Virus record (IMG/VR): IMGVR_UViG_3300011339_000722
Span: 1 to 26,081 of that record
Strand: one strand, 5' to 3'
DNA from: a virus
Lineage: Duplodnaviria; Caudoviricetes
Length of the DNA: 26,081 nt
The position numbers and the translations under genes were made by a program. Below, piece after piece: positions 16,997-24,763 of this stretch. The notes beneath the pieces are model-generated. The model searched no databases. It had not been told where the DNA came from and saw nothing but the letters and a program-made list of their open reading frames with translations. Every line of letters starts with the position of its first letter. Positions within the stretch are counted from its first letter, which is position 1.

Positions 16997-18610
16997 TTAG
17001 TTTATTTGCTCATAAGAACGAGCCATTGTTATAATTGCATTGGTGCTCAAGATTGTTACAGCGACAGACACTGAATTTTGAAGTGCGCTACGCGTCACCT
17101 TCAGCGGGTCAATAACACCCATCTTTATCAAGTCGCCAAACTCTTTTGTCTTCAAATTATACCCATGCCCTAACTCAATACCAACAGGATATACGTCTGA
17201 TGGCTTTAACCCTGCGTTTGCCAATATCTGTTGGAACGGCGCCATAAGAGCATCTCTGATGATTATACTTGCAACGTCTTTCTCTTCTGATTGCTCTGCT
17301 GTTGTGCCAATTATTGCACTCTCTTCAAGTAATGCCTTACCTGCACCGGGTAATATACCCTCCTCAAGAGCACTTCTAACTGCGCAAACTGCGTCATCTA
17401 CCCTGTCATATAGCTCTTTTTGCTCCAAATCTGTCTGTCCACCAACAAATATAACCCCTATTCCACCTGTTAATGAGGCTATACGCTCCAATAGGAAGTC
17501 TTTATCGCCCTTTTTAGTGGCATTTTTGTATGCATCACGTAGTTGTGCTACCCTTTCGTCAATTAACTCCTGTTTTGAGCGTGCATTTGACTTAATGATT
17601 ATGGTTTTGTCGTTGCTAACTATGATTTTTGAAGCATGACCCAAGTCACCGAAGTTAATAATGCTCAAATCGTCTCCTGTTTTCTCACTGAAGTAGGTAG
17701 CACCCAAGCTTACCGCAATATCATGCATCAGTTCGTGTTGCTTGTACCCGAAACTAGGCGGTGCAACAGCACATATCTTCACATTCCCCTTCATAACGTT
17801 AGCCGCTAACGTGTTTATCACAGGAGCAGCACAAGGAGCGATTATCAACAGTTTTTTTCCTTCGGAAATAATTGGTTTCAATATGCTCTCAATCTGCAAT
17901 ATGTTCGATATCTCCATATCAGCAACCAATACCATAACATCCTCAAACACGCACTCATCTTTTTTAGAATCGTTGATGAACATCGGACTCAAATACCCTC
18001 TGTCAAATTTCAACCCCATAGTGGTCTCCGCATAAGTCTCATCACTTTGGCTTCTCTCCACCGTTACGATCCCTGTCTTGCCCACATCTTTATACACCTC
18101 AGCGATTATCCTCCCAATCTCCTTGTCGTTGTTCGCAGAAATTGAAGCTACGTCTGAAAGCATAGCGTTAGTAACCTTCTTACTCTTCTTCTTTAAGTTC
18201 TCCACCACCTTGTCGCTTATCTCCACCATGCTGCGAAGCACCTCCGTACGATTGTGGTGTGGTTTGATATGCTCAAGTCCTCCCAATACCAATCCTTCAG
18301 TAAGCACAATAGCAGTTGTAGTACCATCTCCTGCAGATGTAGCAGTTCGGTCAGCGGCCTCCTTCATCATTTTAACCGCAAGGTTCTCCGAAGGATCTAA
18401 TAAGTAAATTGATTTTGCAACAGTAACACCATCTTTAGTAACTGTGATACCATGAGTATGGTCAGGAGATTCAATAAGCACAGTGTTACCATTTGGTCCC
18501 AATGTACTCTTTACAGCTTTCGACATCTTTACAACGCCACTAACTAATTTTTTTCTTCCCTCTTCTCCAAAACATAAATCTTTAGGAGAGTAACCTTGGT
18601 TTTCTAACAT
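16997..18610 (-). CDS. groEL: Chaperonin GroEL
   Basis: TLGPNG, TKDGVTVAK, AGDGTTTA and IDPLKVTRSALQN motifs. Start moved to ATG 18610, downstream of the promoter box (537 aa). No GGM tail. Confidence 0.95.
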   Translation of the reverse strand: MLENQGYSPKDLCFGEEGRKKLVSGVVKMSKAVKSTLGPNGNTVLIESPDHTHGITVTKDGVTVAKSIYLLDPSENLAVKMMKEAADRTATSAGDGTTTAIVLTEGLVLGGLEHIKPHHNRTEVLRSMVEISDKVVENLKKKSKKVTNAMLSDVASISANNDKEIGRIIAEVYKDVGKTGIVTVERSQSDETYAETTMGLKFDRGYLSPMFINDSKKDECVFEDVMVLVADMEISNILQIESILKPIISEGKKLLIIAPCAAPVINTLAANVMKGNVKICAVAPPSFGYKQHELMHDIAVSLGATYFSEKTGDDLSIINFGDLGHASKIIVSNDKTIIIKSNARSKQELIDERVAQLRDAYKNATKKGDKDFLLERIASLTGGIGVIFVGGQTDLEQKELYDRVDDAVCAVRSALEEGILPGAGKALLEESAIIGTTAEQSEEKDVASIIIRDALMAPFQQILANAGLKPSDVYPVGIELGHGYNLKTKEFGDLIKMGVIDPLKVTRSALQNSVSVAVTILSTNAIITMARSYEQIN

Positions 18611-18634
18611 TTGATTTGATTTAAAATTACTATG

Positions 18635-18665
18635 CAAATATATATATTTTTCATATACAAACAAA
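18635..18665 (-). promoter_or_regulatory. groEL promoter TTTG-N19-TATATTTG
   Basis: -7 box at 18635-18642 and -33 TTTG at 18662-18665, canonical Bacteroidota spacing. Confidence 0.75.
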
Positions 18666-18738
18666 CTTGATTTGCGAATTGCGATTTGCAAAACAAACTT
18701 ACTACGTAAGTCTGTGTCGGATACCGATTTTTTTTCTC

Positions 18739-18756
18739 TATATATATATATATATA
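18739..18756. repeat. (TA)9 tract
   Basis: Direct reading. Confidence 0.9.
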
Positions 18757-18905
18757 TTTACCTCCTTTTATTTTTTTTCCCACTATAGTTTCTCTTCTTT
18801 TTCGACATTATCGACAATAAAGAAATAAATAGTTAATAATCAATTAGTTAGAAAAATCAAGTCGTCGCAAAAACAACAGAATATATAACCAAAAATGTCG
18901 ATTAT

Positions 18906-18934
18906 AAAAAAAAAGAAGGACTTTTAGGTCCCTC
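18906..18934 (-). terminator. Intrinsic terminator
   Basis: GAGGGAC/GTCCTTC stem followed by T9, 24 nt after the 80-aa gene stop. Confidence 0.7.
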
Positions 18935-18958
18935 TCATTTTTTGGTGGTGTCAAATTC

Positions 18959-19201
18959 TTAGTCACAACCACAACTCTCTCCCATCTCGGACATCATTTC
19001 TCCCATGGCATTACCTCTCGCTACAATAGAAATCTTCTCAGCAGTCCTAATAGATTTCTTCATTTCAGCAAGCTTGGCAATACCGGTTTGTCCATCAGGT
19101 CGGTTGTTAATTAACATACCATCGTTTACAGTTAAACCACTAAAGGAACCATTTGGTCTCTGTTGGTAGATACTGTTCTTTAAATTTAAAGGTTGTTTCA
19201 T
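18959..19201 (-). CDS. Hypothetical protein, first gene of the leftward arm
   Basis: 80 aa bracketed by a promoter box and a terminator. Confidence 0.75.
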   Translation of the reverse strand: MKQPLNLKNSIYQQRPNGSFSGLTVNDGMLINNRPDGQTGIAKLAEMKKSIRTAEKISIVARGNAMGEMMSEMGESCGCD

Positions 19202-19226
19202 TTTGCAAAATTTTTAAAGTTCATCA

Positions 19227-19234
19227 CAAAGATA
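19227..19234 (-). promoter_or_regulatory. -7 promoter box TATCTTTG
   Basis: TAnnTTTG 25 nt upstream of ATG 19201. Confidence 0.65.
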
Positions 19235-19380
19235 GGTTTTTTTATTATCAGATAATTAGGGGTATTGGGCAGTACTACCATTTTGCGTGATCGATCCGGA
19301 TCTGAAGATCGATTTTTTTTCGATAGTGGGGTTAACGTTTTCAAAAATACTTTCCGATTTTTTTGGCTTTTTGTTATTGG

Positions 19381-19490
19381 TTGCCGTTGCCGTTGCCGTT
19401 GCCGTTGTTATATCGGTTGCCGTTGCCGTTACATTGGTTACATTGGTTGCCGTTACATTGGTTACATTGGTTGCCGTTACATTGGTTGCA
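19381..19490. repeat. Compound tandem repeat of TTGCCG (x8) and TTACATTGG (x5 plus variant TTATATCGG)
   Basis: Direct reading; higher-order 24-bp unit TTGCCG-TTACATTGG-TTACATTGG. Confidence 0.95.
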
Positions 19491-19506
19491 TTACTATATA
19501 TGAATA

Positions 19507-19514
19507 TAACTTTG
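19507..19514 (+). promoter_or_regulatory. -7 promoter box TAACTTTG (rightward)
   Basis: TAnnTTTG just after the tandem repeat, but 320 nt from the next ATG. Confidence 0.4.
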
Positions 19515-19837
19515 CATTGGTTCTAACTATACTCAAGTACTTTGCCGTTTGAACTTTGTAGTGTTTATAAGGGTTTACAAAGGTTAAACCTTTGCTTTGC
19601 ACCCGATATATATATATAAGTATTAAGATACTATAAACTAACTACATAAACAAGCCCAACAAATAAAGGTATTAAAACAAATTTTAGGCAAAAATGAAAA
19701 AAGTTATATAAATATTTTTTTTATCCAAAATTTATCATTAATTTAGCCCTTGAATTAGCAGTTATGGTATCGCAAAGTAACCAATCTTTCACGTAACTAC
19801 TTAAAAATCAAGTAATTAACAAATAAATTTTAAAGTC

Positions 19838-20290
19838 ATGAAAAAAGTTAACACAAAATCAGTATCGGTTAAATTAACCAAAGAAGAAATCGCAGCGAAA
19901 AGATTATTAAACCCGCAATTTTCGCATTTAGTAAGTAAGCAAAAAAAGTTTGATGAATTGGCGTTTAAACGCGATGATTTCGCGGTTATGTTATCAGCCA
20001 AAAAAATAGTTAAAAACATAGATATTAAAGGTTATTCACTTGCAGAAAATATCAACCTAATTGAAAAGTGTATTTATACTATAAACTTTATCGCGAAAAC
20101 TGATAAAAGTGGTTTATTAGTTAATAAAGACTTATATAATAGTGTAGTAAGTAGTGTAAGGAAAACTAAATCGGGCTTTTATAATGAATTCTATTTCGCC
20201 CAAATGGTGCAAAAAATTGCAACCTTACAAATCGCCAAAAAATGCGATATGAATACAGCTATTAACCTAATTGTAGCAAGTAAGAAATAA
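19838..20290 (+). CDS. Basic hypothetical protein, first gene of the rightward (early) arm
   Basis: 150 aa, Lys-rich, AT-rich leader. Confidence 0.75.
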   Translation: MKKVNTKSVSVKLTKEEIAAKRLLNPQFSHLVSKQKKFDELAFKRDDFAVMLSAKKIVKNIDIKGYSLAENINLIEKCIYTINFIAKTDKSGLLVNKDLYNSVVSSVRKTKSGFYNEFYFAQMVQKIATLQIAKKCDMNTAINLIVASKK

Positions 20291-20815
20291 CCTACAAAAT
20301 AGGTTTATAAGGCTTTCCTATTAAAAAAGCCTTTCCTATATCATTTGCAAAACCTTGTCGCGGTTTATAGGCTTTAAACTAATGTTGCAAACGTTCTTTT
20401 CATATCGCTAAAATTTTGTCGTTACTTTCTGCAAACTAGCAGAAGCATAGTAATTCATAAAATCGCAAAGGTGATTTTATAGACTAAAATTGATATGTGG
20501 ATATATTGATAAAAAACCATTAACAAATACTTTGGCAAAGTAGATGTTTCATGCAAAGGTAGTTAAAGCCTTGTACATTTGTAATGTACTAAAATTACGT
20601 CGTGTTTTATTGGTATACACGATAGGGTTGAATAGGTATAATGTACCGAAGTCAACACATAAGGGTACGTTGGGACTAATTGTTTACACGTGTGCGACCT
20701 TTATAGTAAGAAAGCCAAATGTATTTGGGCAAATAGATATGTGTAAACATATTTATCAAGGCGAATGTATACTCAAGAAAGACAGACAAACTAAGCCACT
20801 TCATGTGGCTTTTTT
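20290..20815 (+). ncRNA. Candidate structured RNA or long leader
   Basis: At least 10 inverted repeats in about 525 nt, no credible ORF, ends at a terminator. Confidence 0.4.
20793..20815 (+). terminator. Intrinsic terminator
   Basis: AAGCCAC-TTCAT-GTGGCTT followed by a T tract. Confidence 0.7.
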
Positions 20816-20895
20816 ATATATATATTTCATCGTAAAACAAAGGCGTTGATTAGTCGAGCGTGGTTGTGAATCCATAAAACTAATTGGTGGAATAG

Positions 20896-20962
20896 GTAGC
20901 TAAGTCGGTGGATAACTTATATAGTTCCGAGTGGTTGCAGTTCGATTCTGCACTTAGCACTA
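20896..20962 (+). ncRNA. tRNA-like element (acceptor stem plus T-arm, no canonical D-arm or CCA)
   Basis: TGCAG-TTCGATT-CTGCA T-arm (20936-20952) stacked on GCTAAG/CTTAGC (20899-20904 / 20953-20958). Confidence 0.55.
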
Positions 20963-20981
20963 AACTTTAAATTTAATCAAC

Positions 20982-21164
20982 ATGGTAAAAATTGAACAAG
21001 TAAAGAAAGGTGAATTTTTTAGAATGCCAAAGGGCAAAGAAACCTATCAAATGGAAGGTTATTGTCGCACCAACAAAAAGTATGTAGGTCAAGCATGGAG
21101 TGATATATCCAAGTGGACTTATAAAAAGAAAGGAACATTAGTATTAATCGATTTTGAATTTTAA
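20982..21164 (+). CDS. Small SH3-like hypothetical protein
   Basis: 60 aa, QVKKGEFFR motif. Confidence 0.7.
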   Translation: MVKIEQVKKGEFFRMPKGKETYQMEGYCRTNKKYVGQAWSDISKWTYKKKGTLVLIDFEF

Positions 21165-21167
21165 ATC

Positions 21168-21347
21168 ATGAGACCAAGGATCAACAACAGAGTAGATGTT
21201 CAGTCAGTCATAGACAGCATTGAGCGTAGAGTAAAAGTATATTCCGAATGTATTCGGGATATCATGCAAAGTGAACAGGTGGAATACCAACAAGCAAAGC
21301 AATTAATAAACAAGCGAACAATTAACAATTTAATATTTAAATCATGA
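21168..21347 (+). CDS. 59-aa hypothetical protein
   Basis: Hand translation MRPRINNRVD...NNLIFKS; ATGA-coupled. Confidence 0.65.
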   Translation: MRPRINNRVDVQSVIDSIERRVKVYSECIRDIMQSEQVEYQQAKQLINKRTINNLIFKS

Positions 21348-21526
21348 GACAAAAAGTTTGGGAACTATGGTTCATCACATCATTAGCAGTATTCGGTAGT
21401 CTATTCTTTATAGGCACAATGCCCGGGAGCGTAGACGCATTCCCGAATTTCCTATGGGCATTTATACCATCAGTTATTAACCTTGCAGTATGTTTATACT
21501 ACAGCACAAAAGAGTCAACATTATGA
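21344..21526 (+). CDS. Two-TM small membrane protein
   Basis: 60 aa with two hydrophobic helices. Confidence 0.7.
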   Translation: MRQKVWELWFITSLAVFGSLFFIGTMPGSVDAFPNFLWAFIPSVINLAVCLYYSTKESTL

Positions 21527-21756
21527 TAATATTCAATGTATTAATTAAGGGAGTTGAAGTTAAAAACATCAACTATTGTGAAGCATTTAGAACTGAAGAA
21601 GAAGTTGACAAGTTTGTGGAAAAAGTATGCTCACTTAGGAATTGGAATATCAAAAGTAGAATGGGTTGGAATGACGACAACGATATTGACGATAGGAGAG
21701 TTGAAGATAGTAATGGGAATACATACTACTTTGTAATTTATAGACAAACGATATGA
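21523..21756 (+). CDS. Hypothetical protein
   Basis: 77 aa from the ATGA-coupled start at 21523. Confidence 0.7.
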   Translation: MIIFNVLIKGVEVKNINYCEAFRTEEEVDKFVEKVCSLRNWNIKSRMGWNDDNDIDDRRVEDSNGNTYYFVIYRQTI

Positions 21757-21908
21757 GAACTGAACTAACAGACATCGAGAAGTGGCTCAAAGAGTACAGA
21801 AACCCAACATCACAAAGTGAGTGGTTGAAAGCCATGCGTGAACTTGAGAAAGTGCATAAGAAATACGGAACAATAGACATAAGTATAATCAAACAATTAA
21901 TATCATGA
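21753..21908 (+). CDS. 51-aa hypothetical protein
   Basis: Hand translation MRTELTDIEKWLKEY...KQLIS; ATGA overlap at both ends. Confidence 0.7.
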   Translation: MRTELTDIEKWLKEYRNPTSQSEWLKAMRELEKVHKKYGTIDISIIKQLIS

Positions 21909-22228
21909 CAAAAGTATATCAAATTACGGAGTGTAGTTACGAAGAGTATGATCACAACAATGCATCATACACAATAGGCATATTTACTGATAAAGAAGTA
22001 GCAGAAGGTTTCTTATCTAAATTAAATAGTGACATGGAGAATAGATTGAATGAATTGTATGTAAAAGAAGAAGAGTTTGAAAACGATGAAGATAGAAAAT
22101 TCAAAGATAAAAACGCTCTTTACAGTCCATATACTGAAGAATATGTAGAGATGGAGTATGAGATACGAGAGTTACAAAAAACATCGTACTACATGCAAGA
22201 ATACAATATTAACCAATTATATAAATAA
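21905..22228 (+). CDS. Acidic hypothetical protein
   Basis: 107 aa, KVY...IGIFTDKEVAE motif. Confidence 0.75.
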   Translation: MTKVYQITECSYEEYDHNNASYTIGIFTDKEVAEGFLSKLNSDMENRLNELYVKEEEFENDEDRKFKDKNALYSPYTEEYVEMEYEIRELQKTSYYMQEYNINQLYK

Positions 22229-22230
22229 TC

Positions 22231-22428
22231 ATGAATGAATTAAAAGATTACATCGAGAAAGAATTGAAGTCACTCGACAGAGGTATTGTTGCTACTCCGG
22301 ATACGAGAGAGCATTTAGAAAACTTTGCCAAGGCAAACAACGGTTCAATGGACATTATACTAATGCAGATGTCTATGAACTATGGGTATAAAATTGCATT
22401 AGAAAACCTTAAAGAATTAATATCATGA
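22231..22428 (+). CDS. Hypothetical protein
   Basis: 65 aa, coupled to the amidoligase gene. Confidence 0.7.
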   Translation: MNELKDYIEKELKSLDRGIVATPDTREHLENFAKANNGSMDIILMQMSMNYGYKIALENLKELIS

Positions 22429-23624
22429 AGTATTCAGAAGTAAAACAGCTATTCGAGTTATTCGATGGCTACAAGAGTCAAGTAAGGAGAGCAGTTGACT
22501 CTATCAATGAAGGGTATGTTAGCATTGATGAGATGCTAAACGAAACCTATTTCCAACATGGAATTTATTACTATTCGTGTGATGACTTTGTAATCACACA
22601 CGATGGTGATGTGCTTGATCGTGACGATTCGTTTTGGTGTGAGGGTAACGAAGAGTACTACCACAACGATGACATGGTGCGTGCGTACGAGGGTAGGAAC
22701 GAGATGTGGTATAGTCAAAGCTATGTCGATAACAATGGTGATTTCGCATACTTTGATGGTGATTACTACGATGATTGTGCAAGAGATAGACATGACATTG
22801 TGTATGTAGAAGACACAAATTGTTGGGACTATCGAGACAATGTGTACTACCATGAGGATGCGGGTTACTATACATATCCTGAAGATCGCGAGGAGTATGT
22901 TCGTGGATACCATAATGGTAGCTATCGAAACATGTACTTTAGTAAGCAACCAAAGTATAAGATTGGCTTTGAGATAGAGAAAGAAGACGAAGATGTGCGT
23001 AACTCCATAGACATCGATACCTTCGAAGACGTTACTGACTACAAGTGGCGTAAGGAGAAAGATGGTAGCTTATCAGATGACTCCGGATATGAACTAATCA
23101 GTCCTACCTTTGAGTTCAACATCAATAAGATATTCGAGCATATCGAGAGTAACGATGAGTTAGTCAAGCATATCAATGCGAGACATACCAAGTCATGTGG
23201 TGGGCATATCCATTTGTCGGAGGAGGGACTGTCGGGCAATGATTTGTTTGAGAAGATCAAGGGTTACACTCCATTGTTCTATGCCTTGTACTACGGCAGA
23301 GTAGATAAGAACTACTGCAGAGGTAAGAAGAACGATGACTTGCAGAATGATAATGAGAAATACCAAGCTATCAAGATACATCACGATAGGGTTGAGTTTC
23401 GTATCATCAGTGCAGTGCCGAGTGTCAATACGTTGAAGTGGAGAAGTAAGTTACTTATGATGGCTATACAAAACCCTACTGATGACGTTATCAAAGCGTA
23501 CTACAATGTAGATACCAAGTTCACCAAGTTACTCAAGCAAGTGTACAATGACGACAAGCTTCAAGACTTGAAGCACAGGTTCATAAACTACACACAACAA
23601 TTCGAAGGATTAGATATTAAATAA
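22425..23624 (+). CDS. Putative amidoligase (COOH-NH2 ligase, glutamine-synthetase-like fold)
   Basis: GFEIE, DGSL, YELISP, SCGGHIH and VEFR motifs; acidic Tyr-rich N-terminal region. Confidence 0.85.
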   Translation: MKYSEVKQLFELFDGYKSQVRRAVDSINEGYVSIDEMLNETYFQHGIYYYSCDDFVITHDGDVLDRDDSFWCEGNEEYYHNDDMVRAYEGRNEMWYSQSYVDNNGDFAYFDGDYYDDCARDRHDIVYVEDTNCWDYRDNVYYHEDAGYYTYPEDREEYVRGYHNGSYRNMYFSKQPKYKIGFEIEKEDEDVRNSIDIDTFEDVTDYKWRKEKDGSLSDDSGYELISPTFEFNINKIFEHIESNDELVKHINARHTKSCGGHIHLSEEGLSGNDLFEKIKGYTPLFYALYYGRVDKNYCRGKKNDDLQNDNEKYQAIKIHHDRVEFRIISAVPSVNTLKWRSKLLMMAIQNPTDDVIKAYYNVDTKFTKLLKQVYNDDKLQDLKHRFINYTQQFEGLDIK

Positions 23625-23643
23625 CAATTAAAAATTAAAAATC

Positions 23644-24453
23644 ATGTGCATAGCAATTTTAAACACAAAGAAAGCAGGTAGATTACCAAAGTCTCACATC
23701 AAGAACTCATGGGACAACAACGAGATGGGTTCAGGACTATTGTGGACAAAGAACAACAAACTAAACGTATTCAAGACGTATGTTTACGAGGACTACATTG
23801 ACAAGTACAATGAGTTACGTGACGACAAAGATGTCGGCAGTATAGTGCTTCACTTCCGTATAGCTACGAGTGGCTACAAGGGTGAGCATAACCTTCACCC
23901 ATTCTTAGTCAATGACAACTTAGGGTTTGTACACAATGGGGTTATCAAGGGATTGGGCAACAAAGAGTTCTCTGATACCTATGAGTTCAACGACATGTTG
24001 AAGAAGTTCAAGCATGACTTTACATCGTGTGACATGAGTAAGTATTTCATATCAGAGTACATTGGGTATAGTAAGCTTGTGTTCTTAAACGCTGACGACA
24101 AGCATACTATCATTAATGAGGAATTAGGCAAATGGGTCGATGGCAATTGGTACTCAAACGATTCGTACAAGCAGTACAATGACTATTCATACTACGGCAA
24201 CACCAAGGTATCAAAGTCCGCAAAGTCAACTGTCTGCGAAACCTTAGACGATTGGGATTACGAATGGGGATCTTGTGGCGTAGACTATGTAAGTGCAGAG
24301 GATGAGTGGGAAATGTATGAGTACATCTGCACGATATACGGACTTGAGCCGGAGTTGGAGTCTACTTGGGATGACATTGAGTACTACATGGTGTTACACA
24401 ATGTTCAAGACATACCGGGATTGTACAAAATATTAACCGATGATATATCATAA
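23644..24453 (+). CDS. Class II (Ntn) glutamine amidotransferase
   Basis: N-terminal MC, HFRIAT, HPF, HNG and SDT motifs; acidic C-terminal extension. Confidence 0.9.
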   Translation: MCIAILNTKKAGRLPKSHIKNSWDNNEMGSGLLWTKNNKLNVFKTYVYEDYIDKYNELRDDKDVGSIVLHFRIATSGYKGEHNLHPFLVNDNLGFVHNGVIKGLGNKEFSDTYEFNDMLKKFKHDFTSCDMSKYFISEYIGYSKLVFLNADDKHTIINEELGKWVDGNWYSNDSYKQYNDYSYYGNTKVSKSAKSTVCETLDDWDYEWGSCGVDYVSAEDEWEMYEYICTIYGLEPELESTWDDIEYYMVLHNVQDIPGLYKILTDDIS

Positions 24454-24455
24454 TC

Positions 24456-24761
24456 ATGATGAACACATTATTAAACATAGAAGAGTCCCCGGTGTTCGGG
24501 GATTCTTTAAGCATTAGCTTGAGAGATGGTTATTGGAGAATTAACAATAAGCCATTATCAAAGTGCAGTATAGTCAAGCAAACTCTGTTTGACCAATACC
24601 TAAAGATGAAGCTTATTAAGTTACCAATAGTAAAAGAAAGTAGCTTCAAGCATAGAGCTAAACAAATAAAAGACACGTATAACTATAGCTTTAAGATACG
24701 TGAGCAGAATTGGATTGGAGACTATCCAAACATTGAGTCAGTAACCTTTAATCGTAAATAA
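24456..24761 (+). CDS. Hypothetical protein
   Basis: 101 aa, ATCATG start context. Confidence 0.6.
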   Translation: MMNTLLNIEESPVFGDSLSISLRDGYWRINNKPLSKCSIVKQTLFDQYLKMKLIKLPIVKESSFKHRAKQIKDTYNYSFKIREQNWIGDYPNIESVTFNRK

Positions 24762-24763
24762 AA

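Noticed and set aside
231-18407. Shadow ORFs (e.g. 231-473, 2401-2772, 3308-3580, 6067-6465, 10835-11062, 11640-11993, 12223-12651, 13506-14741 on +, 16202-16390, 17259-18407)
   Set aside because: Antisense or off-frame to well-supported genes, with no recognisable motifs.
18611-18691. 27-aa N-terminal extension of GroEL from the TTG at 18691
   Set aside because: It spans the promoter; ATG 18610 gives a normal GroEL start.
19381-19490. CRISPR array
   Set aside because: Units are 6-9 bp with no unique spacers, and no cas genes are present.
19265-19552. 95-aa (CRCRC) and 79-aa (VAVAV) plus-strand ORFs
   Set aside because: They are open only because the repeat units are multiples of 3; they have non-ATG starts and low-complexity products.
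20544-20849. 101-aa ORF
   Set aside because: Crosses an intrinsic terminator and many hairpins; composition is not protein-like.
20896-20962. Canonical tRNA gene
   Set aside because: No D-stem, no 7-nt anticodon loop and no CCA; kept only as tRNA-like.
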